Positions 1 to 8,238 of a DNA stretch of 32,000 nt are shown in pieces. The notes under the pieces were generated by a model that was given only the letters and a program-made list of their open reading frames with translations, was not told the origin of the DNA and ran no database searches. The translations under genes and the position numbers were made by a program. The DNA lies in contig NC_014972.1 of the NCBI RefSeq assembly GCF_000186885.1, positions 840,001 through 872,000 of the forward strand. Reading direction: 5' to 3'. Source of the DNA: Desulfobulbus propionicus DSM 2032. Lineage in GTDB: Bacteria; Desulfobacterota; Desulfobulbia; Desulfobulbales; Desulfobulbaceae. How positions within the stretch are numbered: the stretch's first letter is position 1; every line of letters starts with the position of its first letter.

Positions 1-3000
1 GTTTTGTCATCGTATGGAATCGGTGTCGCGTTGACTTCCACCGTGCGGAGTGTTCCGTCGGCCAAACGATGCTGAAGGACTAATTGTCGCAGGTGCTCCT
101 TGTTCACCTTGTATAGAGTGTCGGCGAGCGCATCGGGGGTCATGCAGACGATCTGCAGCAGGCTCATCCCCTGCATGTTTTCCCTGGAGTAGCCGTAGAA
201 GCGGCTGGCGGCAACATTGACATCCTGGATGCAGCCGGTCGAGCCATCGACCAGGAGCATGATGGCGCTGTGTTTTTCGAACAGGCAACGAAACCGTTCT
301 TCGCTGGCGACGAGTGCATCGGTCAACAGTTTCTGTTCACTGACATCACGGGTCACGCCACGAAAGCCAAGACACTCGCCATTGCCATTGAAGACAGGGA
401 CCGCGCTGACATTCACCGTCAGCTGCTGTCCGTGCCGATGATGAACCGCATGTTGAAGCGATCTGAATGGCTGCTGGTTGGCGATAGTGGTCAGTACCTG
501 CCGCCCGATGCCTTCTCGTTCATGCGCGGGAAGCAGGGCAATGCACTTCTCGCCGATGTATTCTTCGGGAGCGTAACCAGTCATGTCCGCAAATCGCGGG
601 CTCAAGTACGTGAAACGTCCTTGAGCATCCGTTTCCCAGATGCATTCGCTGGTGGTTTCCACCAACGAGCGAAATTTCTCCTCGCTTTTCCGGAGTTGCT
701 CCTCCAGCTGTTTGCGTTCGGTAATATCCCGCCCCACTCCCTGAATCTCGACCAGTTGTCCTGCCGCATCAAAGATGCCGCGATTGATGACCTGTACCCA
801 GCGAACAGTTCCCGCCGCATCATAAACGCGGCTTTCGATGGTGACCACGGGGTTGGCCGGGGAAAGCTCCTGGAGTGCGGCATGGATCATGGGAATGTCT
901 TCGGCGACCGCCTCGGGATACCAAGCCCTGCCGATCAACTCCTGTTCTGTTTGGCCAAAAAATCGGCAAAACACTTCATTGACAAAGGTATAGGCATGGT
1001 CATCGGGCTTGAAGCGGGCGATCATCTCCGTCTGATCTTCCACCACGGATCGGTAGCGGTGTTCGCTGGCCTGCAGCGCTTTCACCGCCTGTTCCAGTTC
1101 GATGGTCCCCTCCGCCACTTGTTGCTGCAGGTTGTTGGCGAGCAGTTTTGCGGCTAGCTCCGCTTGCTTGCGAACGGTGATATTGCTGGCGGCGCCAAAC
1201 CACTCAACAATATTTCCCTGTTCGTCGAGCAGGGGAATGGCTCTTGAAGAGGTCCATCCCGGACTTCCATCTGTCTGCAAGACCTGATGTTCCAGGGTAA
1301 AAGTGCTTTTGGTGCGGATCGCCTGATCGATGACGGCAAGGACATGGTCCTGGTCTTGCGGACGGATATACCGTTCAAGCCAATGCCGACTGGGAGAGTC
1401 CGTATCGGCAATGAAATCTTTGCCGTACAGCAACTTCATTTCCCGCCAATCGGGACTCATACAGTACACGACGTCCGAGCTGGCCAAGGTCAATGCCCGA
1501 AAGCGTTGCTCGCTCTTGTGCAGACGCTCTTCCATCTGTTTGCGTTCAGTGAGGTCGGTGATGACGCCTTCCAAACGCAGTGGAGCGCCGTGCCGGTCAT
1601 GACTGAATCGCCCCCGCGCCGAAATCCACCGCAGGGAGCCGTCCGGCCAGAGGATGCGGTACTCGAGATCGAGATCCTTCCGCTTCTCCATGGCCTCGCG
1701 CACTTGCTGGTCGGCGCTCTCGCGGTCCTCGGGGAACAGTGAGTTCAGCCAATTAGCATAATTTGCCGGCATATCGGATGAAATCCCTGCAACTTGGCGA
1801 TACGAACCGGTCCAGACAACTTCCCCCGTGGTGATATTCCAATGAAAGGCGCCCATCCGGGCGGCATCGAGCGCCAGACGCAGCCGTTCTTCGCTCAGAC
1901 GCAGTGCTGCATCGGCGCGTTTACGCGCGGTAAGGTCAAGATGGGTTCCCACGATCCGGACCACCTTGCCATCCGACGCGCGCTTGAGCGGCAAGCCGCG
2001 TGACAGGATGGCAAGGTAGCGGCCGTCCTTGTGTCTGAGGCGGAACTCCATTTCGTATTCCCGCTCGCCCTGTTTGACCGCATCAACATGCTGGAGACAC
2101 GGTTCCCGGTCGTCGGGATGCAGCAGCCGCAACCAACTGCTAAGGTGATGCTCGATCTCCTCCTCGGCATACCCGAGCATCTCCTTGTAGCGAGGCGAAT
2201 ACCAGACCTCGTCTGTTTCCAGGTTCCAGTCCCACACGCCTTCCTGTGCTGCCTGAACGGCAAGATTGAACCGTTCGTCGCTGGCTTGCAGGGCTTGTTG
2301 GGCCTGTTTTCGCTCGGTGATGTCCAGGGTGGCGCCGATGTAGCGCACCGGTTTTTCCTTTCCATTGCAATAGGGATACGCCCTGTTGTGCACCCACCGT
2401 ACCTGCCCATCGGGACGCACGATCCTGTGTTCGAGTTCGTACACGGCACAATGGTGCAATGCCGTGGCAAAGGTGTAATGGACCCGAGCCGCATCGTCGG
2501 GATGGATATGCCGTTGGAGCATGTCCTCATGGGTGGGCGGGGGGGCGCAGGGTCGAGGCCGTAAATACGGTACTCTTCCTCGGACCAGACGGTTTGCCGC
2601 GTGTCGGCGATGTATTCAAACGAGCCCACGTGGGCAATTTTCTGCGTTTCGGTCAAGATGAATCGCGTTTTCTCCAAGGCGTCCTCGACCCGCTTCTGTT
2701 CGGTGATATCCTGGAGGCCGACGAAAATGCCGCCGTTTTGGCGGGGAACGCAGCGGTGACGCGACCACCGGTTCCGATCCGGGTCAAAATATTCGAAATC
2801 CCGGCGCTCTCCGGAGGCGACGCACCGATACTCCCGCTCCAGTTGCGTTCCCAAGGTCGCGGGAAAGGCCTGCCAATAGCTCGTGCCCATCACCTCATCC
2901 CGGCTGATGGCAAACATTCTCTCGGCAGTGTCATTGACATAGACAATCCGCCAATCAGCATCACAGGCAAAGCAACCATCCAGTAGGGTTTCAAGTGTGC

Positions 3001-3076
3001 TCGCCAGTTCATGGACACTCACGTCGGACGACCATGCGCTGCGTTTGGTATCTCCACGGGGCGGGGAACTGTTCAT
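1..3076 (-). CDS. Multi-PAS/PAC sensory protein, N-terminal ~1025 codons. The output domain lies beyond the window start, and the frame is interrupted once at a G7/C7 run (2539-2545), so this is either a possible pseudogene or a homopolymer sequencing error.
   Basis: ATG at 3076-3074 (minus) has GGAGG 8 nt upstream (cctcc at 3085-3089 on +). The first frame reads ...LLDGCFACDADWRIVYVNDTAERMF...DITEQKRVE...WSEEEYRIYGLDPA. After the C7 run that frame decays into R/S/T/C-rich nonsense (track ORF 1895..3313). The frame offset by one base reads THEDMLQRHIHPDDAARV... and stays open to position 1. PAC-type ends recur: DITEQK ~2700, DITERK ~2315, DLTARK ~1925, DLTERK ~1545, NITVRK ~1175, DITERK ~715, DVSEQK ~335. 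The + strand ORFs 270..1157, 1287..1742, 2031..2564 and 2459..2986 are antisense shadows. Confidence 0.8.
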
Positions 3077-3435
3077 GGAACCTACCTCCAAGGCGAGAGA
3101 ATGGTGGGGATTGCTTTTGATTTTTGAGCGATTTTTTAATGTGTTGCAACGTATAAATGCGTCTGTTGCCGACTTCGGTCGATCCATCGACAAGCCTCCT
3201 CCCGTGCATCGTCTGTCCGTGGACATGGCTGCGGCACGAGCTGGACAATCAGAAAAATGACTCCCATCGTTCAAAGGCCTGCTTGAATGCTGCTTTTTTC
3301 TTGGCGTTGCCAATCGATTGATCCGTATAATCGTTGCAAGCGTTCATCCCCTCCGCCTGTTGGCGGCCGCGAGCCGCTTGCCGCGCTTGGCCGGAGGGAT
3401 GGGAAGGGTCAATTTTTCACGGCACGAGGAGAACG

Positions 3436-4881
3436 GTGAACAGGAGAATACAGGGGTGCGCCCAAGCAATGCTGGCCGCCGCGGCAACATGCTCCCTGCT
3501 GATGGCAACCGAGGCCTTGGCGGAGCTCTCCGTCAGGGATCGGTGTGAGCAGGCGTTGAAGATGATGGGAGTGAAAACCGACGGCACCGAGCGCGGCTGG
3601 GCTTCGCTTTGCGCCGGGGTGATCAAGAACGAGCCGATCACCCGGTACGGCAATTGGTATGGGCCCGGGTATTGGGGCGGTGGGGAAGATCCTCATCGAG
3701 CGGGTCTTGCCGCGCCGGTGGATTCGCTGGACGCGGTGGCGATGCGCCATGACTTCGGCTATGTGATCGCCGAAAAGTACGGCAAGATCTACGGCAAGCA
3801 GTACGAATACAAACTGAAGGCGATGGCGGACCGGGTGGCGGTGCGGGATGCGCTGAAGCTTCCCGAGGATCCCAGAAAATGGCCCCAGGTGCCCAAGGAC
3901 ATCGAGGCAGCGTCTCGCTACCGAGATCGCATTATAACCGGTTTTATCATCGAGTCGGATATTTATAAGAATCTAGCCGGAGCCACCAAGGTGGGGGATG
4001 CGATCACCAGCCCCTTCATCACCATGTTCGACCAGATCGATTACTCCCATGTTCCCGATCTTGCCAAATTCGATCGCGAGGTCGCCAGTCATATCAATGG
4101 CTGGAAAAAACAGGTCGCCCAAAAAGCGGCGGAGGATAAAAAACTCAAGGAAGCGGCGGAAAAAGCCTCGCTGCAGCAGGGGGAAGCCGAGCAACAGGCC
4201 GCGGAGAAAGAACAGGCGGAAAAGGAGCGAGCGGCGCGCAAAGCCAAGGAGGCCAAGGAGGCCAAGGAGGCGCAAGAGGCAAGGACGCGTCTGGAAGAGA
4301 AAATCAAGGCCAGCAAGCAGGAGCCGAAAGCGCCGCCGGTCAAGCGAAAGAGTTATGAGGAAATGACCCCGGAAGAGCGGCATGAGGCGTTGAAAAACAA
4401 TTACCCCGAGGCCTGGAAAGGCTTGCGGAATGCCCTTGTGGGCGAGGACAAGGCCGCCGCTGAGGAGATTCTTGAGGAGGAAGAGCAGGTGGAGGCCGAA
4501 ACCTCGCAGGAGGAAAAAGCGGAGGTGGAAATCCAGCCCGTACGGGTGACGGCATCCGGGTCCTTTGATGAGGATCACAGTTCCGGAGGCTTTGCGAATA
4601 TCGTCACCACCACTATAACGGTTTCCTTCTGGAATGTGGGCAACCAGGTGCCCGGGTACGGGGAGGCCAGCATGAAAACTTCGTCGGTATCTTCCTTGAA
4701 CGGCGCCACTTCGGAAAGCTCGTGCGGCGGGACATTCTCCGGCGGGCCAAATGGCGTCCTGCGTTTTAGCGGCGAATGCGACGGTGTGAGTTTGAGCCTC
4801 AGGGGCGGGAGCACCATCAGTGCCGAGGGCGTTTCATTGACCGTTTCCAACCCGTCGGCCTTCAGCGACTGGGAACAATAA
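3436..4881 (+). CDS. Secreted modular protein: signal peptide, phospholipase-A2-like domain (YxGPG / HDxxY motifs), E/K-rich helical linker, Gly/Ser/Thr-rich C-terminal domain.
   Basis: In-frame GTG at 3436 lies 4 nt after GAGGAG (3426-3431). It gives MNRRIQGCAQAMLAAAATCSLLMATEALA|ELS, with a positive n-region, a hydrophobic core and an AxA site. The alternative ATG at 3469 has a weaker SD; the track start at 3334 (TTG) is probably too long. Motif YGNWYGPGYWGGGEDP...PVDSLDAVAMRHDFGY is at nt 3646-3762, with HD at 3748-3753. The E/K-rich segment is ~4102-4533 and the C-terminal domain 4534-4878. A terminator follows. Confidence 0.75.
   Translation: MNRRIQGCAQAMLAAAATCSLLMATEALAELSVRDRCEQALKMMGVKTDGTERGWASLCAGVIKNEPITRYGNWYGPGYWGGGEDPHRAGLAAPVDSLDAVAMRHDFGYVIAEKYGKIYGKQYEYKLKAMADRVAVRDALKLPEDPRKWPQVPKDIEAASRYRDRIITGFIIESDIYKNLAGATKVGDAITSPFITMFDQIDYSHVPDLAKFDREVASHINGWKKQVAQKAAEDKKLKEAAEKASLQQGEAEQQAAEKEQAEKERAARKAKEAKEAKEAQEARTRLEEKIKASKQEPKAPPVKRKSYEEMTPEERHEALKNNYPEAWKGLRNALVGEDKAAAEEILEEEEQVEAETSQEEKAEVEIQPVRVTASGSFDEDHSSGGFANIVTTTITVSFWNVGNQVPGYGEASMKTSSVSSLNGATSESSCGGTFSGGPNGVLRFSGECDGVSLSLRGGSTISAEGVSLTVSNPSAFSDWEQ
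4243..4278 (+). repeat. Tandem 9-bp coding repeat gccaaggag, three perfect copies plus one degenerate copy, encoding (AKE)n.
   Basis: gccaaggag occurs at 4243-4251, 4252-4260 and 4261-4269, then gcgcaagag at 4270-4278. Each unit contains an AAGGAGG Shine-Dalgarno-like string. Confidence 0.9.
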
Positions 4882-4910
4882 GAGGGCCGCCGTGGGCGGT
4901 GCGTGGAGCA

Positions 4911-4958
4911 GAAAAAAGAAAACCCGCAACCTGTGAAGGCTGCGGGTGATTTCTTTTG
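4911..4958. terminator. Bidirectional rho-independent terminator shared by the PLA2-like gene (+) and tRNA-Leu (-).
   Basis: 7-bp stem acccgca (4922-4928) / tgcgggt (4941-4947), with two further inner C-G pairs. An A-tract lies 5' (4912-4922) and the T-rich gatttcttttg lies 3' (4948-4958), so a U-tail is available on either strand. Confidence 0.6.
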
Positions 4959-4959
4959 A

Positions 4960-5046
4960 TGGTGCCGAAGAGAAGACTCGAACTTCCACTGGGGAACCCC
5001 AACTAGACCCTGAACCTAGCGCGTCTACCAATTCCGCCACTTCGGC
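4960..5046 (-). tRNA. tRNA-Leu(CAG), type II with long variable arm and encoded CCA.
   Basis: The reverse complement reads GCCGAAGTGGCGGAATTGGTAGACGCGCTAGGTTCAGGGTCTAGTTGGGGTTCCCCAGTGGAAGTTCGAGTCTTCTCTTCGGCACCA. Acceptor is GCCGAAG/CTTCGGC, anticodon loop TTCAGGG, and the T-loop TTCGAGT is present. Confidence 0.92.
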
Positions 5047-5058
5047 ACTGCGGCGGCT

Positions 5059-5087
5059 ATTATGTTCGATTGGGCCGAGTCTGTCAA
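5059..5087 (-). promoter_or_regulatory. Sigma70-type promoter for tRNA-Leu.
   Basis: On the minus strand: TTGACA (5087-5082), 17 nt spacer, CATAAT (5064-5059). The -10 box ends 12 nt upstream of the mature tRNA 5' end at 5046. Confidence 0.6.
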
Positions 5088-5344
5088 GTATTTCTTTTGG
5101 GGCGAAGCGGGAATAATGCGTCCGCAGGCGGTTTTGCTGGTGTGGCCAGCAAAAGGAGCAGGGGAGGTGGGGGAGTGGACAGGGGGGAACTGTCGGCCTC
5201 GGAGCGCCGTGGCGATGAACTGTTTGCTTGTTTTTCTGATTTGGAGTACATATCCCGTTTTCATGGTCGCGAGGATCTCCTTGGCTACCGGGAATTCATT
5301 TTTTTGCTGTGCACTCAATCTGCCGGTTTTTGGCAGCGGCTTCC

Positions 5345-6316
5345 ATGGAAATATACACCGACCTTAACGATATCCTACAGCCCTTTACCCGGGCCCATGT
5401 CACTATCGGCAACTTCGACGGCGTCCATCTGGGCCATCAGAAGCTGTTTGACCAGGTGGTGGCCCGAGCTCGCCAGGACAAGGGGACCAGCGTGGCTATC
5501 ACCTTTGATCCGCATCCGCTGAAGGTGCTGAGTCCGCAGGGTATCCGCCTGATCTCGACAACTCCGCAGAAGATCGAGCTGATTGAGCGGGCCGGGATCG
5601 ATGTGCTGGTAATCATTCCGTTCAATCGCGAGGTGGCAGTGACCACGGCGGTGGAGTTTGTCGACCAGGTGCTGCTCGGCCGTGTGGGTATGCGGGATTT
5701 GGTGGTGGGCTACGATTATGCCATGGGTAAGGGACGGCAGGGCGATACCGCTTTTCTTCAACGGCAGGGCCAGGAAAAGGGTTTTTCAGTGATGGTGATG
5801 CCCGCCCATTACGAACAAGGCATGTTGGTGTCCAGCAGCCGGATCCGGGAACTGGTGGCTGCAGGGAAGATGCGCGATGTGCGCCGGCTGCTGGGCCGCT
5901 GGTATCAGATCCGTGGCGATGTCCAGTGGGGCCGGCAGCGCGGTGGAAAATTGCTCGGTTTTCCCACTGCCAATCTCAACCTGTCCGAGGAGGACCTGTG
6001 CCCCAAACGGGGCGTGTACGTCACCCAGGTGATCTATGATGGCCGCCAGTACGGCGGGGTGTCTAACATCGGCTACAATCCGACCTTTGGCGATACCGGC
6101 TTGGTGGCCGAAACCCACATTTTCGATTTCAACGCCGATATCTATGGCCGGCCGTTGAAAATCAACCTGCTCCGCCATCTGCGTGGCGAGATCGCCTTCA
6201 GTGGTCCAGACGCCCTCGCCCGGCAGATTCACCGCGACATCGAGGTGGCGCAGAAGGTGCTGGCCAAGGAGCGGCAAAAGAAGCTGATCGCCTATCAGCG
6301 GCCTAGCACCGTCTGA
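5345..6316 (+). CDS. ribF: Bifunctional riboflavin kinase / FMN adenylyltransferase (FAD synthetase).
   Basis: MEIYTDLNDILQPFTRAHVTIGNFDGVHLGHQKLF... carries the nucleotidyltransferase motif, and ...GGKLLGFPTANL... the C-terminal riboflavin kinase motif. Start chosen at ATG 5345; the track start 5309 adds 12 atypical residues. Confidence 0.9.
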   Translation: MEIYTDLNDILQPFTRAHVTIGNFDGVHLGHQKLFDQVVARARQDKGTSVAITFDPHPLKVLSPQGIRLISTTPQKIELIERAGIDVLVIIPFNREVAVTTAVEFVDQVLLGRVGMRDLVVGYDYAMGKGRQGDTAFLQRQGQEKGFSVMVMPAHYEQGMLVSSSRIRELVAAGKMRDVRRLLGRWYQIRGDVQWGRQRGGKLLGFPTANLNLSEEDLCPKRGVYVTQVIYDGRQYGGVSNIGYNPTFGDTGLVAETHIFDFNADIYGRPLKINLLRHLRGEIAFSGPDALARQIHRDIEVAQKVLAKERQKKLIAYQRPSTV

Positions 6317-6357
6317 ACCATTCGCAGCGGCAGAGGGCAAATTGCCGGTGGGGCAAC

Positions 6358-6385
6358 TTGCGCCCTGCGGGTTCGTGGCTATACT
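6358..6385 (+). promoter_or_regulatory. Candidate sigma70 promoter for the TPR-HEAT-TPR-ribE-ribBA-ribH-nusB transcription unit.
   Basis: TTGCGC (6358-6363), 16 nt spacer, TATACT (6380-6385), inside the 144-bp ribF-TPR gap. This rests on pattern match only. Confidence 0.3.
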
Positions 6386-6460
6386 ATAGAAACTTTTCCC
6401 ATGGAGTGCCGGAGCAGGCCGGCCGGGACTTTTCACTTAAGCATAGAGAAGGTTTTTTTT

Positions 6461-7093
6461 ATGACGGAAGCACAGAAACCGGCCGATCTTTCGGCTGTGA
6501 TCGGCGAGCTGGAAAAGATAGTGGAGGAAAAACCGAACAATGTCATGGCCCGGCATCACCTCGGTTTGATCTATCGCCAGGCCGGCCGGATCGACGAGGC
6601 CATTGCTCAACTGGAGAAGGCCATCGAACTCGACAACCAGTCCATGGAGTCGATGATCAACCTTGGCGCCATCTTTTTTGATCGCGGCGACACCGATCGC
6701 GCCCTGGAGCTGAATCAGCAGGCCCTGGCCATCTCCCCCGACATGGCCGAAGCCCACGTCAACATTGGCCTCATCCGTCAGCACCGTGGCGAGGTCGACA
6801 AAGCGGTCGCATGCTATTCCAAGGCGGTGCAGATCGACCCCAAACTGATCACCGCCTGGATCAATCTAACCTCCGCCTATACCATGCTCGAACAGGACGA
6901 CAAGGCGGTGGACGCGGCCCGCCAGGCCGTGACCTTGGAGCCCGATTCGGCCATGGCGCGCAACAATCTGGCGGTGGCCCTCTATTTCAAGGGCGATTTT
7001 GCAGAGTCCCAGCGCAACATGGAAAAGGCCAAGGAACTGGGCTACAGTGTTGATCCTCGGTTTGTCGAGGCCCTCAAGACAAAGCTGGCGTAA
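6461..7093 (+). CDS. Tetratricopeptide-repeat (TPR) protein, ~5 repeats.
   Basis: Repeating 34-aa TPR signatures are present: ARHHLGLIYRQAGRIDEAIAQLEKAIELDN, MINLGAIFFDRGDTDRALELNQQALAISP, AHVNIGLIRQHRGEVDKAVACYSKAVQIDP, etc. ATG 6461 follows GAAGG; the track start 6401 has no SD. Confidence 0.8.
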   Translation: MTEAQKPADLSAVIGELEKIVEEKPNNVMARHHLGLIYRQAGRIDEAIAQLEKAIELDNQSMESMINLGAIFFDRGDTDRALELNQQALAISPDMAEAHVNIGLIRQHRGEVDKAVACYSKAVQIDPKLITAWINLTSAYTMLEQDDKAVDAARQAVTLEPDSAMARNNLAVALYFKGDFAESQRNMEKAKELGYSVDPRFVEALKTKLA

Positions 7094-7098
7094 TCCTC

Positions 7099-8238
7099 AT
7101 GAGCAGCAAGGCGGAAGCACTTCTCAAGCCCTGGTGCCCTTTTTGTGGTATGGATGTCGGCCGGCCAACGGTTAGCCTGCAACGCAAGATGCGGGAGTTT
7201 CCACTGGGCGCCTGCGAATGTGGGGCGGTCTATGTCAGCGATCCCACCGGCCATAACATCGGCGCGGCCATGGTCGAATGTCTGGTCAGCGCCTGCAACG
7301 ACCAGTGGGACTTGGCCTGGGAATTGATCCCCGAAGACGACTACCTGACCGGTCTGTTGGAAAACTACGATGAAGTCACCCATCAGATCGTGCCCAAGCG
7401 AAATCTCGATGGCCGGGCGGTGCGCGGAATTTTGTATTTCGTTCGCCTTCATCGGGAGATGGCAGAACTGGTCAAGCGTTACGAGCACAAACTGGTTGGC
7501 CAGGAGAACGGACAGACCGGAGAGCGTCAGCCTGAGTCGGCCGTCGAACCGGCGCGCGATCCCAAGCGGAAGAAGAAGCGGGCGGACAAACAGGTGGTCA
7601 AGGAACTTGCGCTGCGGGCGGATGTCGACGGCTTGGTCGATCTCTACTTTGATGACCGCAAGGTTCTCCGTTTCCTGCAACGACTCCTGTACGAGCCCGA
7701 TCAGGGGATGCGTTACCGAATCGCCTGGGTGCTCGGCCAGGTGTGCGGCCGGGTGGCCACCCGGGAACCCGGACCGGTGGCCGACCTGCTCCATCGGCTG
7801 TTTGAAGCCTGTTCCGATTCGGCGGCCAGTTCCTGGGGCATGGTGGAAACCATCGGCGCGATCATCGCCGCCCGGCCGGACATTTACGGTGCCTTCACCC
7901 GTCACTTGTTCAATTTCATGGGCGATCCAGGCACCCGCGAGGCCGTGCTCTGGGGTTTGGGCGAGATCGCGGGCAGCAAGCCTGACCTGATCCGCAAGAT
8001 TCCCTTTTATTCGCTCTTTCCGGTGCTCAACCACAGCAATCCGTTGCTGCGCGGGCTGACTCTGCGAATTTTGGGGCGAATCCAAGCCAAGGAGGCGGCG
8101 TTGCAAATCCATGGCCTCCAGTTTGACACCACCCCCATCACCATCTATGAACAGGGTACGCCGGTGGCCACGACCGTGGCCGAACTCTCCGCCGAGGCGA
8201 CCCGCAGCTTGCATAAGGACCATGTCAATGGCGAGTGA
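7099..8238 (+). CDS. Conserved-type hypothetical protein: N-terminal 4-Cys zinc-ribbon, basic linker, C-terminal HEAT/PBS-lyase-like repeats.
   Basis: CPFCG...CECG lies in the first 45 residues, followed by a KRKKKR linker. Three A/L-x-x-LG-x-I/V repeat cores occur: RIAWVLGQVCG, AVLWGLGEIAG, LTLRILGRIQA. The start is 5 nt after the upstream TAA (7091-7093). Confidence 0.75.
   Translation: MSSKAEALLKPWCPFCGMDVGRPTVSLQRKMREFPLGACECGAVYVSDPTGHNIGAAMVECLVSACNDQWDLAWELIPEDDYLTGLLENYDEVTHQIVPKRNLDGRAVRGILYFVRLHREMAELVKRYEHKLVGQENGQTGERQPESAVEPARDPKRKKKRADKQVVKELALRADVDGLVDLYFDDRKVLRFLQRLLYEPDQGMRYRIAWVLGQVCGRVATREPGPVADLLHRLFEACSDSAASSWGMVETIGAIIAARPDIYGAFTRHLFNFMGDPGTREAVLWGLGEIAGSKPDLIRKIPFYSLFPVLNHSNPLLRGLTLRILGRIQAKEAALQIHGLQFDTTPITIYEQGTPVATTVAELSAEATRSLHKDHVNGE

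Noticed and set aside
217-2986. Plus-strand ORFs 270..1157 (295 aa), 1287..1742, 2031..2564, 2459..2986 and others.
   Set aside because: They are antisense shadows of the minus-strand multi-PAS gene. The minus-strand frame gives repeated, recognisable PAS/PAC sequence, while the plus-strand translations have no recognisable motifs.
1895-3313. Track ORF of 472 aa taken at face value as a complete gene.
   Set aside because: Only residues ~80-255 make sense as protein (PAS). Upstream of Met80 there is no SD, and downstream of the C7 run the translation is out-of-frame nonsense. The real gene starts at 3076 and continues in another frame to beyond position 1.
3973-4578. 201-aa minus ORF plus the + ORF 3998..4366 and minus ORFs 4089..4343 and 4340..4555 inside the E/K-rich region.
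   Set aside because: These are alternative-frame or antisense readings of a purine-rich low-complexity coding segment. They give poly-R/L/F or R/K/P/S strings with no start signals.
4882-5046. Idea that the PLA2-like gene is a genomic islet integrated at the 3' end of tRNA-Leu.
   Set aside because: There is no integrase, no direct repeat of the tRNA 3' end found in 3077-3435 by eye, and no obvious compositional difference from the flanks. Adjacency alone is insufficient.
5155-5190. G-rich tract ggagcaggggaggtgggggagtggacagggggg as a G-quadruplex or regulatory element upstream of ribF.
   Set aside because: Only three runs of three or more G's are present, with the fourth run being GG. The strand and function are unclear, so there is no basis beyond composition.
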